In this document: positions 29,234 to 40,229 of the stretch, piece by piece
How positions within the stretch are numbered: the first letter of the stretch is position 1
How the letters are laid out: every line of letters starts with the position of its first letter
Source of the DNA: an uncultured delta proteobacterium
GTDB lineage: Bacteria > Myxococcota > Myxococcia > Myxococcales > Anaeromyxobacteraceae
NCBI GenBank assembly: GCA_963828255.1
Contig: CAWHDZ010000003.1
Location: forward strand, 192,001-256,000
DNA: 64,000 nucleotides
Reading direction: 5' to 3'
Notes under the pieces: generated by a model
The model's input: only the letters and a program-made list of their open reading frames with translations
Told to the model about the DNA's origin: nothing
Databases searched by the model: none
Translations under genes and position numbers: made by a program

Positions 29234-30397
29234 TTGGCGGGGCGCTTCGTCATCCTGGTCGCGGACAGCGTGGGCGCGGGCGCACTGCCCGACGCGGCTG
29301 CGTTCGGCGACGCCGGCTCCGACACGCTCGGCAACCTGAGCCGCGCGGTGGGGGGGCTTTCACTTCCGGTGATGGGGGCGCTGGGGCTCGGGAACGTCGT
29401 GCCCATCCTCGGCGTTCCGCCGGTGGAGCACCCGGCCGCCTCCTGGGGGCGCATGGCGGAGCGCTCCCCGGGCAAGGACACCATCACCGGTCACTGGGAG
29501 ATGATGGGCGTCCCCCTGACCGAGCCGTTCACCCTCTTCCCGCAGGGCTTTCCCCCCGAGGTGCTCGACCCCTGGCTCGCCGCCACCGGGGCCCCCGGCG
29601 TGCTGGCCAACCGGGCCGCCAGCGGAACGCAGATCATCGACGAGCTGGGCGAGGAGCACCGGCGCACCGGGAAGCCCATCGTCTACACCTCGGCCGACTC
29701 CGTCTTCCAGGTGGCGGCGCACGAGGAGACCATCCCGCTGGAGACGCTCTACGCCTGGTGCCGCGAGGCCCGGCGCATCCTCGACCCGCTGCGGGTGGCC
29801 CGGGTCATCGCCCGGCCGTTCGTGGGCGCCCCCGGGAGCTACCGGAGGACGTACAACCGCAAGGACTTCTCCATGCTGCCGCCACGCCCCACGGTGCTCG
29901 AGCGGCTCGCCGCCGCGGGGGTGCCGGTGGTCGGGGTGGGGAAGATCGGCGACATCTTCGACCGGAGGGGAATGGCCGAGGACGTCCACACCCAGGGCAA
30001 CGCCGACGGCCTGCGCCGGACCGCCGAGATCCTGGGGCGGATGGACCGTGGTTTGCTCTTCGTGAACCTGGTGGACTTCGACATGCTCTGGGGGCACCGC
30101 AACGACGCGCCCGGGTACGCGCGGGGGCTCGAGGAGATGGACCAGGGGCTCCCGCCGGTGCTGGCGGCGCTGCGGGAGGGGGACGTCCTCGCCATCACCG
30201 CCGACCACGGCTGCGACCCGACCACGGCCTCCACCGACCACTCCCGCGAGTACGTTCCACTTCTCGTGAAATCGCCGGGAAGGGAGGGGCGGCCCCTGGG
30301 GACGCGGGAGAGCTTCGCCGACCTGGGCGCGACGGTGGCGGAGTTCTTCGGCGTCGAGCCGGGCGCGGGGCGGAGCTTCCTCGGCGCGGTGGGGTGA
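29234..30397 (+). CDS. deoB: Phosphopentomutase
   Basis: DSVGAG, GKDTITGHWE, YTSADSVFQ, GHRND, TADHGCDP, DHSREYVP. Confidence 0.95.
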   Translation: MAGRFVILVADSVGAGALPDAAAFGDAGSDTLGNLSRAVGGLSLPVMGALGLGNVVPILGVPPVEHPAASWGRMAERSPGKDTITGHWEMMGVPLTEPFTLFPQGFPPEVLDPWLAATGAPGVLANRAASGTQIIDELGEEHRRTGKPIVYTSADSVFQVAAHEETIPLETLYAWCREARRILDPLRVARVIARPFVGAPGSYRRTYNRKDFSMLPPRPTVLERLAAAGVPVVGVGKIGDIFDRRGMAEDVHTQGNADGLRRTAEILGRMDRGLLFVNLVDFDMLWGHRNDAPGYARGLEEMDQGLPPVLAALREGDVLAITADHGCDPTTASTDHSREYVPLLVKSPGREGRPLGTRESFADLGATVAEFFGVEPGAGRSFLGAVG

Positions 30398-30406
30398 GCG
30401 GCGCCC

Positions 30407-31216
30407 TCAGGGCGCCGGCCAGCGGGCCGGGCGCTTGCCCAGGAAGGCGTCGATGCCCTCGGCGGCGTCCGGCTCCACCATCCCGCAGGCCATGGTCTCG
30501 GTGGTGAGCGCGTAGGCCCCCACCAGCGGCTGCTCGATCTGCCTGTAGAAGGCCCGCTTGCCGGAGGCGACCACCCTGCCGCTGCGGGCCACGATGATGC
30601 CGGTGAACTTCGCCACCTCGGCGTCGAGCCCGGCCGGGGGGACGACGCGGTTCACGAGCCCCCAGGAGAGCGCGGTGGCGGCGTCGAAGAGCTCGCCGGT
30701 GAGGAGCATCTCCATGGCCCGCTTGCGCCCCACGTTGCGGGCCACGCCCACGGCGGGAGTGGAGCAGAAGATGCCCACGTTCACGCCGGGCAGGGCGAAG
30801 CGCGCGTCGGTGGAGGCCACCGCGAGGTCGCAGGTCGAGACCAGCTGGCAGCCTGCCGCGGTGGCGATCCCGTGCACGCGTGCGATGACCGGCTGCGGGA
30901 TCTCGGTGATCTTCACCATCATCCGGCTGCAGTCGGTGAAGAGCTTGCGCTGCCACTCCTTGTCGTCCGCGCGGCCCCGCATCTCCTTCAGGTCGTGGCC
31001 GGCGCAGAACCCGCGCCCCGCCGCGGCCAGGACCACGACGCGCGACGTGCGGTCGGCGCCCACGGCGTCGATCTGGGCCTCGAGCGCGGCGATCATGGCC
31101 GTGGAGAGGGGGTTGAAGCGGTCGCCGCGGTTCAGGGTGAGGGTGGTCACGCCCCCCTCGTCCCGGCGGGTGACCAGGGGTGCCTCGACGACCGCCGCTG
31201 CGCTCTCGCTCGTCAT
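30407..31216 (-). CDS. Enoyl-CoA hydratase/isomerase family (ECHDC3-like)
   Basis: FCAGHDLKE, ATAAGCQLV, PGVNVGIFCSTP. Confidence 0.9.
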   Translation of the reverse strand: MTSESAAAVVEAPLVTRRDEGGVTTLTLNRGDRFNPLSTAMIAALEAQIDAVGADRTSRVVVLAAAGRGFCAGHDLKEMRGRADDKEWQRKLFTDCSRMMVKITEIPQPVIARVHGIATAAGCQLVSTCDLAVASTDARFALPGVNVGIFCSTPAVGVARNVGRKRAMEMLLTGELFDAATALSWGLVNRVVPPAGLDAEVAKFTGIIVARSGRVVASGKRAFYRQIEQPLVGAYALTTETMACGMVEPDAAEGIDAFLGKRPARWPAP

Positions 31217-31263
31217 GGTCGGGCATTGTCCGCGACGACGGAGCAGGAATGCAAGACGCCGGA

Positions 31264-32406
31264 TCAGTACCGGGTGAGCGAGGGGGCCACGTCGGCGGCG
31301 TAGCGGAGGATGCCGCCCGCCAGCGAGGAGACGCGCGGGAAGCCGGCGGCGCGGAGCAGCTTCCCGGCCGTCTGGCTGCGGACACCGCTCCGGCAGAAGG
31401 CGACCACCTCGCTCGCGCGGTCGAGCCGCGAGAGCTCGCCCTCCAGCCGCGACAGGGGGGCCAGCAGGGCTCCGGGGATGCGGGCGATCTCCCATTCGTG
31501 GGGCTCGCGGACGTCGAGGAGGGTGATGGCCTCTCCCCCGGCGAGCCGGGCGACGAGATCGGCGGGAGTGACCTCCGGGATCCGTTCGTCAGGGGCGCCC
31601 GGCGCGCAGGCGACGGCCTCCTCGCGCAGCTCCCGGATCGTCCGGGTTCCGCAGGCCGGACAGCCCGGGTCCTTCCGCACGTTCACCGTCCGGAACTGCA
31701 TGGCGAGCGCATCGACGAGGAGGAGGCGGCCGACGAGGGGCTCTCCGATGCCGGCCGCCAGCTTGAGCGCCTCGGTGGCCTGGATGGTGCCGAGCAGGCC
31801 GGGGAGCACGCCGAGCACGCCCCCGTCCGCGCACGAGGGGACCTCCCCGGGCGCCGGAGGCGAGGGGTAGAGGCAGCGGTAGCAGGGACCCCCGGGAGCG
31901 CAGAAGACCGACGCCTGCCCGTCGAAGCGATGGATGCTCGCGTGCACGTCGGGGCGCCCCGCCAGCGCGCAGGCGTCGGACACCAGATAGCGGGTGGCGA
32001 AGCTGTCGGAACCGTCCACCACCAGGTCGTGGTCGCGGACCAGCTCGAGCCCGTTCGATGCCCCGAACCGGACGTCGTGAAGGGCCAGGGAGAGGTGCGG
32101 GTTCATGTCGAGCAGCCGATCCCGGGCCGACTCGGTCTTGGGGCGTCCCACGTCCCGGGTGCCGTGGAGGACCTGGCGCTGGAGGTTCGTGACCTCGACC
32201 ACGTCGAAGTCCACGATCGACAGGTGCCCCACTCCGGCGGCGGCCAGGTAGAGCGCCGCCGGGGAACCGAGGCCGCCGGCCCCGACGAGCAGGATGCGCG
32301 CCCGCTTGATGCGCCGCTGCCCCTCCATCCCCACCTGGGGCAGGGAGAGATGGCGCGCGTAGCGCAGGATCTCGTCGGGGCCGAGGGTGGGGACGGGGCG
32401 GGTCAC
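31264..32406 (-). CDS. moeB: MoeB/ThiF adenylyltransferase with C-terminal rhodanese (MoeZ-like)
   Basis: RYARH, GAGGLG, NLQRQ, CYRC, CPAC, rhodanese CRSGVRS. Confidence 0.92.
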   Translation of the reverse strand: MTRPVPTLGPDEILRYARHLSLPQVGMEGQRRIKRARILLVGAGGLGSPAALYLAAAGVGHLSIVDFDVVEVTNLQRQVLHGTRDVGRPKTESARDRLLDMNPHLSLALHDVRFGASNGLELVRDHDLVVDGSDSFATRYLVSDACALAGRPDVHASIHRFDGQASVFCAPGGPCYRCLYPSPPAPGEVPSCADGGVLGVLPGLLGTIQATEALKLAAGIGEPLVGRLLLVDALAMQFRTVNVRKDPGCPACGTRTIRELREEAVACAPGAPDERIPEVTPADLVARLAGGEAITLLDVREPHEWEIARIPGALLAPLSRLEGELSRLDRASEVVAFCRSGVRSQTAGKLLRAAGFPRVSSLAGGILRYAADVAPSLTRY

Positions 32407-32415
32407 CCCCTCATC

Positions 32416-33796
<1,381 letters not shown>

Positions 33797-33829
33797 GCGG
33801 ACAGGGGGTGTGGACCGCCGGGGGTCGTC

Positions 33830-34240
33830 CTAGCCGGCGACGACCTTGACCGCCACCGTTCGCACCCTCGGCCCGTCGAACTCGCACAGGAAGATCCCCT
33901 GCCAGGTCCCCAGGACCGGGGCGCCTCGCTCGACGATCAGCGTGGCCGACGTCCCAACGAGCGCCGCTTTCACGTGGGCGTCGGAGTTTCCCTCGCCGTG
34001 GCGGTACTCGCCCCGCGCGGCGCGGCGGGGCACGGCGTTCTCGAGGGCGAGCAGGAGGTCCCGGGCCACGTCGGGGTCGGCGTTCTCCTGCACGGTGACC
34101 CCGGCGGTGGTGTGGACGCTCGAGACCACCGCGACTCCGTCCGTGATGGCGGATGCCCGGATGGCGTCGCGCACCAGGGCGGTGATCTCGACGAGCTGGC
34201 CGGCGGCGGTGGTGCGGACCTCGAGGCGGAAGACGGGCAT
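33830..34240 (-). CDS. yjbQ: YjbQ/UPF0047 family protein
   Basis: HTTAG, ENADPDV, GNSDAHVKA, LGTWQGIF..EFDGPR. Confidence 0.92.
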   Translation of the reverse strand: MPVFRLEVRTTAAGQLVEITALVRDAIRASAITDGVAVVSSVHTTAGVTVQENADPDVARDLLLALENAVPRRAARGEYRHGEGNSDAHVKAALVGTSATLIVERGAPVLGTWQGIFLCEFDGPRVRTVAVKVVAG

Positions 34241-34255
34241 CGGGATCTCCCCGGG

Positions 34256-35398
34256 TCAGAGATGGGCGGCCAGCGCGGCCAGGCCGGAGAGGTCGTGCAC
34301 GTCCCCCTCCAGGCGGGGCACGGCGACGTGCGGCCCCGAGGCGCCGCGCCGCAACCGCTCCACCTCGCGGGCGTCGGAGCGGGCGAACGCCTGGTGCTGC
34401 GAGAGCGTCAGGGAGAGCCGCTCGGCCAGGTCGAGCCCGCCATCGGCGCCCCCGGCCCCCGGCCCGGCGGCGAGCGCCTCGGCCAGCGGCGACGCGCCCG
34501 GAGTCGGGCCCGGGAACGGCCAGAGGTCGGGGGTCACCCGGTTCGACACCGAGCCGGCCACCGGCATGCCGGCCGTGCGCAGGTGGTCGCGGAAGAAGAT
34601 GGCCTCGTCCACCGAGAGCGGGCTCGGGCTCGCCACCAGCACGAACCCGACCTCGGGGCGGGTGAGCAGGGAGCGGACCTCCGAGGCCCGCTCCTTGAAG
34701 CCGTCGTACATGCCCTGGAACTGCCCGAGGAAGTCTCCCACGTCGGAGAGGACGTCGGAGCCGGTGAACCGGGAGAGGGTCTTGGCCACGAACCCGGTGC
34801 CCATCTGGAGGAGCCGCGCCCCGAACCGCCCCGCGTCGAGGGCCGGGGCGAAGAGCTTGCGCGCGGTCTCGTTGCCCACGAAGTCGAGGATGCGGTCGGG
34901 CGCCTCCAGGAAGTCGAGCGCGTGGGCGGTGGGGGGGGTGTCGAGCACGATCAGGTCGTAGTCACGCTCGGTGGAGAGCTCGTAGAGCTTCTCCATGGCC
35001 ATGTACTCCTGCGAGCCGGCCAGGGCCCCGGAGACTTGCTGGTAGATGCGGTTTCCCAGGATGCGGTCGCGGGTGGCGGCGTCGGGTGCGTGGCGCGTCA
35101 CCAGGTCGTCCCAGGTGCGCTTCACGTCGAGCATCATCGCGAAGAGCTGCCCGGTGGGCGCCAGGCCGGCCCGGGTGAAGGCCTCGGGGGGGACGAGGGC
35201 CTCCGCATTGCCCAGCGTCCCGAGCCCGAGCGCGGTGGCCAGGCGGCGGGCCGGGTCGATGGTGCAGACCAGCGCGCGCCCGCCCGCCATGGCCCGGGAG
35301 AGGGCGATGGCGGCGGCCACCGAGGTCTTGCCCACGCCGCCGCTTCCCACCACCACGGCGATGCGCTTGCCCTCGAGGGACCGCAGGAGCGCGCCCAT
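34256..35398 (-). CDS. ArsA/Get3-like ATPase, subunit with GSGGVGKT
   Basis: GSGGVGKTS, TIDPARRLA, QEYMAMEKL, LDTPPT. Confidence 0.9.
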   Translation of the reverse strand: MGALLRSLEGKRIAVVVGSGGVGKTSVAAAIALSRAMAGGRALVCTIDPARRLATALGLGTLGNAEALVPPEAFTRAGLAPTGQLFAMMLDVKRTWDDLVTRHAPDAATRDRILGNRIYQQVSGALAGSQEYMAMEKLYELSTERDYDLIVLDTPPTAHALDFLEAPDRILDFVGNETARKLFAPALDAGRFGARLLQMGTGFVAKTLSRFTGSDVLSDVGDFLGQFQGMYDGFKERASEVRSLLTRPEVGFVLVASPSPLSVDEAIFFRDHLRTAGMPVAGSVSNRVTPDLWPFPGPTPGASPLAEALAAGPGAGGADGGLDLAERLSLTLSQHQAFARSDAREVERLRRGASGPHVAVPRLEGDVHDLSGLAALAAHL

Positions 35399-36324
35399 CA
35401 GACCTGCCCGTCCATGGCGTCGGCGATGCGCTCCACGGCGCGCCGGCCCCAGCGGTCGGCGGCGAGCAGCGGCAGCGGCACCACGTCGCGCCCGAGCAGC
35501 TCGCGCAGGCGCGCCGCCTGGGCCTCGGCCCGCTCCCGGTGCGCGCCCTGGAGCAGGGCCGCCCGGGCGGCAGGTCCGAGGGGGGGAGCGGAGGGGGAGA
35601 GTCCGCGCAGTCGGTCCAGTTCACCTGTGGTGAATGTCGCCCCGGGCATGGCGTTCAGGAAGACCGGGCCGCGCGGCAGCGCGAGCCCCTGGCCGACCTG
35701 GGTGTCGAGCTCGGCCGTCTCGGTGACCGGCATCTCCTCGGGCAGGGAGACGAGCGCCACCGCGCTGCGGTCCGGGGCCGACAGGAATGCCTGCATCCAC
35801 TCCGCGTCGCGCCGCAGCGGCCCGCCCGGGACGGTGTCGAGGAGCGCCCGCGGCGTCCCCAGGAGCTGCACGGCGTGGCCGGTGGCGGGGGCGTCCACCA
35901 CCACCAGGTCCCAGCGGGGCTTCCCGTGCTCCTCGGAGCGGGCCTCGTGCAGGATCTTTCCCAGCATCAGGGTCTCGGCCAGCGAGGGCACGGCGCGCAG
36001 GAAGAAGCGAACCACCCGGTTCTCGAAGACCGCCTGGTAGATGGCCCGCACCTTCACCACCATGAGCGCGTACTCCTCGAGTGCGTGGCGCGGGTCCACG
36101 TTGACGGTGGAGATGCCAGGAAGGACGGGGCGGATCACCGGCCCGGAGGGACGGCCGCCCAGCATGGGGGCCACGCGCTCCCGGGCGTCCACCTCGGCGA
36201 CGAGGACGCGCTTCCCGCGGCGGGCGGCGAGCACGGCCAGGGCGGCGGAGACGGTCGACTTCCCCACTCCTCCCTTGCCCGTGACCACGACGAGGCGGCG
36301 ATCGAGCAAGTCGGAGGCGGACAC
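35398..36324 (-). CDS. ArsA/Get3-like ATPase, subunit with GKGGVGKS
   Basis: GKGGVGKST, DAPATGH, PEEMPVTE; stop overlaps the next start. Confidence 0.88.
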   Translation of the reverse strand: MSASDLLDRRLVVVTGKGGVGKSTVSAALAVLAARRGKRVLVAEVDARERVAPMLGGRPSGPVIRPVLPGISTVNVDPRHALEEYALMVVKVRAIYQAVFENRVVRFFLRAVPSLAETLMLGKILHEARSEEHGKPRWDLVVVDAPATGHAVQLLGTPRALLDTVPGGPLRRDAEWMQAFLSAPDRSAVALVSLPEEMPVTETAELDTQVGQGLALPRGPVFLNAMPGATFTTGELDRLRGLSPSAPPLGPAARAALLQGAHRERAEAQAARLRELLGRDVVPLPLLAADRWGRRAVERIADAMDGQV

Positions 36325-36363
36325 GACGCTTGACAAGCTAACGTCGGGGGGAGAGATGTCCAC

Positions 36364-36678
36364 ATGCTCCGCTCGCTCCTCGATCATCCGCTCCTGCGCC
36401 AGGCGCGCGCCGCAGGCGAGAAGCAGGTGGGGCGCGTGCTCTCCCCCGAGGTGGCCGGAGCCGCGCTCCAGACCCTGCTGGCCGCGGCCGGCGAGGCCCG
36501 GCAGCGCATCGACCGGGTCCGGCGCGCCGCGCTCGACGCCGCCCAGGTCCCGTCGTCGAGCGACCTCGACGAGCTGAAGCGCCGGCTGGTGGAGATGGAG
36601 GAGCTGCTCGACGGACTGTCCGCCCGCCTGGCCCGCGCCGAGGCGCGGGAGGGCGAGGACGAGGGCGGCGAGGGCTAA
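36364..36678 (+). CDS. Small helical phasin/PhaF-PhaE-like protein
   Basis: C-terminal VPSSSDLDELKRRLVEMEELLD coiled coil resembling PHA-granule proteins. Confidence 0.55.
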   Translation: MLRSLLDHPLLRQARAAGEKQVGRVLSPEVAGAALQTLLAAAGEARQRIDRVRRAALDAAQVPSSSDLDELKRRLVEMEELLDGLSARLARAEAREGEDEGGEG

Positions 36679-36696
36679 GGGCCCTTGGCCGGGAAC

Positions 36697-37473
36697 ATGC
36701 GGCGCATCGCCTTCGTCAACGAGAAGGGCGGCACCTGCAAGACCACGCTCTGCGTGAACACGGCGGCGTGGATCGCCACGCAGCGTGGGATGCGGGTGCT
36801 GGTCGCAGACCTCGACACGCAGGGGCACGCCGGCAAGGCCCTGGGCGTGGACGTGCGGGGCATCTCCCCCACCATCCGCGACGTCCTGGTCGGCGAGTCG
36901 CTCTCGGTGAGGGACGTGGCCCGCCCCACCTCGGTGCCCGGCCTCGACCTTCTCCCCGCCAACAAGGACCTGGCCGGATTCCCCGTCGAGGTCGCCGCCT
37001 TCCACGACCGGGCCGACCGACTGCGCCGCCGCCTCGACGACGTGCCGGAGGGGACCTGGGACGCGGTGCTGGTGGACGCCCCGCCCTCCGTGTCGCTGGT
37101 CACCGAGAACGTGCTGCGCGCCGCCACCGAGGTGGTGCTCCCGGTGGGGCTCACCTACCTGGCGCTCGACGGCTGCGCCGAGATCCTGGCCAGCCTGGAG
37201 ACGCTGCGGCGCGAGACCGGCCGCGCGCCGGAGGTCACGCTGGTGGTGCCCACGCTCTACCGGAAGACCCAGCTCGCCGGAGAGATCCTGGAGAAGCTCC
37301 GGGCGCGCTTCCCCGACCGCCTGGCGGCGCCGCTGGGCTTCTCGGTGAAGATCGACGAGGCCCAGAGCCACGGGCGCACCATCTTCGACTACGCGCCCCG
37401 CTGCAGCGGCGCGCTGGCGCTGGCGGAGATCGCCCGCGCCGTCTGGGACCGGGCGGCCCCCGCGCAGGACTAA
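36697..37473 (+). CDS. Orphan ParA/Soj-family ATPase
   Basis: NEKGGTCKTT, DLDTQGH, VDAPPS, DEAQSHG; no parB nearby. Confidence 0.9.
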   Translation: MRRIAFVNEKGGTCKTTLCVNTAAWIATQRGMRVLVADLDTQGHAGKALGVDVRGISPTIRDVLVGESLSVRDVARPTSVPGLDLLPANKDLAGFPVEVAAFHDRADRLRRRLDDVPEGTWDAVLVDAPPSVSLVTENVLRAATEVVLPVGLTYLALDGCAEILASLETLRRETGRAPEVTLVVPTLYRKTQLAGEILEKLRARFPDRLAAPLGFSVKIDEAQSHGRTIFDYAPRCSGALALAEIARAVWDRAAPAQD

Positions 37474-38030
37474 CCGTCGAGGTCCTTGAGCCGCCGCTCG
37501 AGATCCTCGAGCCTGGCATTCAGCGACTGCAGGTCCTTCCGCAGCTCGGGGATGTTCGCCACGCCGTCCATGGCGGTGCGGACCCGATCGTCGATGCGGC
37601 GCTGGAACTGTGAGACGGCCTCCTGGGAGGCCGCGACCAGGTCCTTGGCCCGGTCGCCGGTGGCCTGCACGCGCGGGATCAGGGTGTGGACCTTGTCACG
37701 AAGGTCGGCCTGCGCCTCCTCGACGAACTGCTGGGCCCGCTCCCCGCCGTGGCGGATGAGGTCCTTCAGCGTCCGGAGGCTCATCTTGGAGGTCTTCTTC
37801 TCCTCCTCGAAGATGATCTGGGCGAGGGTGACGCTGGTGAGGTCCTCCTTGGTGCGGTTGTCCACGACCCGCACCTCGGTCCCCGCCTTCACCATCTCGG
37901 CGATCTCCTCGAGGGTCACGTAGCGTGACTCGACGGTGTCGTACAGCTTGCGGTTGGCGTACCGCTTGATCACCTTTGGTTCACGCCCCAAAGAGGTCGT
38001 GTCCGCTTCCGCAGTCTGCTGTTCACTCAT
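37470..38030 (-). CDS. PhaR-like PHA-synthesis regulator (DNA-binding domain + coiled coil)
   Basis: VIKRYANRKLYDTVESRYVTL..EDLTSVTLAQIIFEEE. Confidence 0.88.
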   Translation of the reverse strand: MSEQQTAEADTTSLGREPKVIKRYANRKLYDTVESRYVTLEEIAEMVKAGTEVRVVDNRTKEDLTSVTLAQIIFEEEKKTSKMSLRTLKDLIRHGGERAQQFVEEAQADLRDKVHTLIPRVQATGDRAKDLVAASQEAVSQFQRRIDDRVRTAMDGVANIPELRKDLQSLNARLEDLERRLKDLDG

Positions 38031-38161
38031 CGGAGATCTCGACCCCTCGGGTGGAAACGGCTGGAAAGAAACCTGCCGCACTGCGGCATTGTTCTTGGGG
38101 CAACGCTTGGTGTCAAGGGGCTCCGATGCTACGGTTGCCGCGGGAATCCAGGAATCTCGGC

Positions 38162-39466
38162 ATGATCGTCGCCTGCTCCGCATGCAATACCCCGTTCCGG
38201 GTCGCTGACTCCAAGGTCGGGCCCAGGGGCGCGCGCATCAAGTGCACCCGCTGCGGGCAAACCTTCGCAGTGGCCCCGCCGGTCCCCGAGCCCCCTCCCG
38301 AACGCACGCCCGAACCCACCGGGACCGGGGGGTGGCCCACCGGGGTCCTCGAGATCGCCGGGGGCGCAAGCTCCGACCCGGTCTCGTCGCTCGGCCTCGC
38401 CCTCGAGACCGACCCGTTCGCCGCATTCGCGACCCGGGCGGCGGCTCCCGCACCGCCACCGGATCCTCCCCCTCCGCGGAAGGACCCTTCCGGGGTCGAG
38501 GATCTCTTCGGTTCGCTGCCCGTGACGGACCTCGCCGATCTGGAGCGCGCCGACGGGGCGCCTGGCCAGCCGGACTTCGACCCCGGCTTCGAGCAGGTCG
38601 TCGAGGACGGCCCCTCGCTCGAGGACCGCACGCCGAGCGCCACGCCGGTGCGCGAGGTCGCCGCCGCGCGGTGGGGCGACCCCGAGGCCTCCCAGGCCAT
38701 CGAGGTGGGCCCGGACGGGTTCCAGGAGGTGGACCTGGCCAGGGGCGAGGCGCGCCCCGACCCGGCGTTCGACTCCATGGCGGGCGAGACCACCGACTGG
38801 CAGCCCGTTGCTCCCCGGGCATCGCCGATCGAGGCCCCGCAGGAGGCCCCCCAGCCGGCGCGCCCCGAGCCCGAGGCGGCGCCCGGTCCCCCGGCCTCCG
38901 CACCGCCCCCCGAGTCGACCTCCGGCGCGCGCATCCCCCCCGCGCGCGTCGCCCCCGCGCGCGCACGGGCGCTGGCGATGAACGTCCTCTCTCTCGCGGC
39001 CCTGCTCGTCGTCACGCTGGGGATCGTGATGTGGTGGCGCGGCGAGGGGGTCGGGGCCGTCCTGCGCTGGCCGAGGGCCGGCCACGGCGGGATCGACGTC
39101 GGCTCCGTCACGAGCGGGGTCTACGAGGGCGCCCACGGCCAGCCGCTGATCTTCGTGCGGGGCGTCGTCCGGGCCAGCCAGGAACCCGTCGAGGGGCCGG
39201 TGGTCGTCCGGGTCTTCCTGGAGCGCGGAGGCGCCCTGCTGGGATCGGCGATCGCGACGGCCGGCACGATCGCCGGCGCCGAGGACCTCGCCGAGGTCCG
39301 GTCGCCGGAGGACCTGCGCGCGCTCCAGGCCAGGCTCGACTCCCGCGCCTCGCTCCGGCTCGAGCCGGGCGGCGCCCTGCCGTTCCTCGCCCTTCTCCCC
39401 CTGCCGGAGGGAGACGTCGGCACGATCCGCTTCCGCGTCGAGCCGGTTCCTGCCCGGGGGCGCTGA
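38162..39466 (+). CDS. MJ0042-type zinc-ribbon membrane protein (DUF3426-like C-terminus)
   Basis: CSAC..CTRC finger, Pro/acidic linker, one TM, periplasmic beta domain. Confidence 0.8.
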   Translation: MIVACSACNTPFRVADSKVGPRGARIKCTRCGQTFAVAPPVPEPPPERTPEPTGTGGWPTGVLEIAGGASSDPVSSLGLALETDPFAAFATRAAAPAPPPDPPPPRKDPSGVEDLFGSLPVTDLADLERADGAPGQPDFDPGFEQVVEDGPSLEDRTPSATPVREVAAARWGDPEASQAIEVGPDGFQEVDLARGEARPDPAFDSMAGETTDWQPVAPRASPIEAPQEAPQPARPEPEAAPGPPASAPPPESTSGARIPPARVAPARARALAMNVLSLAALLVVTLGIVMWWRGEGVGAVLRWPRAGHGGIDVGSVTSGVYEGAHGQPLIFVRGVVRASQEPVEGPVVVRVFLERGGALLGSAIATAGTIAGAEDLAEVRSPEDLRALQARLDSRASLRLEPGGALPFLALLPLPEGDVGTIRFRVEPVPARGR

Positions 39467-39468
39467 CC

Positions 39469-40215
39469 GTGGCCGGTCCGGACTCCCCATCCTGGCGGGC
39501 CGAGGCCTTCGCCCGGCGCCTCTGCGCGCTCCAGGAGGGGGCCATGCGGGCCGGCGCGGCGGCGCGCCAGCTGGCCCGGATGCCGCCCGGGGAGGCGGTT
39601 CCCCTGCTGGCCGCGCTGGTTTCCTCCGGCGCCGAGGCCTGGGGGACGCCGGCCATCGCCGCGATCGGCCAGGCCCTCCGGGACCCCGGCTCCGCCATTG
39701 ACTACGAGTGGAGAGCGGGGGCCTACGCCGAGGCCCGGGAGCGGGGCCTTCCCCACGTCGCCTCCCTCTTCCTCGCGCCGGGACCGCGCCGTGCCTTCGT
39801 CGAGCCGCGGGACAAGGCCGATCCGGTTGCGTCGGCGATCACGCTCGGTCACAAGAAGTCCCTTGCCAGGCTGAAGCGCGACCCCGATCTCCTGGCGCGG
39901 CTCGCCGCCGAGGGTGACCCGTCGGTCGTCCGGGAACTGCTGCGCAACCCGCTGGTCACCGAGGCCGTCGCGGCGCGCATCGCGGCGCGGCGCCCGGTCC
40001 GGCCCGAGGCGCTGCGTGCGCTCCACGAGGACCCGCGATTCCGCAACCGGGTGATGGTGCGCCGGGCGCTGGTCCGCAATCCCTACGTCGAGACCGAGAT
40101 CGCGCTCCACATCCTTCCCACCATGCCGGCGAGCCTCGTCCAGGAGATCGCGGGCGACGGCACGCTTCACCCGGCGGTGCGGGAGGCGGCGCGGAGGCTG
40201 CTCGCGGAACGGTGA
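39469..40215 (+). CDS. Hypothetical protein with LRV/HEAT-like helical repeats
   Basis: ITLGHKKSLAR, VVRELLRNP, VRRALVRNP. Confidence 0.7.
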   Translation: MAGPDSPSWRAEAFARRLCALQEGAMRAGAAARQLARMPPGEAVPLLAALVSSGAEAWGTPAIAAIGQALRDPGSAIDYEWRAGAYAEARERGLPHVASLFLAPGPRRAFVEPRDKADPVASAITLGHKKSLARLKRDPDLLARLAAEGDPSVVRELLRNPLVTEAVAARIAARRPVRPEALRALHEDPRFRNRVMVRRALVRNPYVETEIALHILPTMPASLVQEIAGDGTLHPAVREAARRLLAER

Positions 40216-40229
40216 GGCGGGACCGGGGA

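Noticed and set aside
34256..36324. Arsenic-resistance operon
   Set aside because: No arsB/acr3/arsC/arsD/arsR nearby, and the motif pattern fits the non-arsenic Get3-like pair
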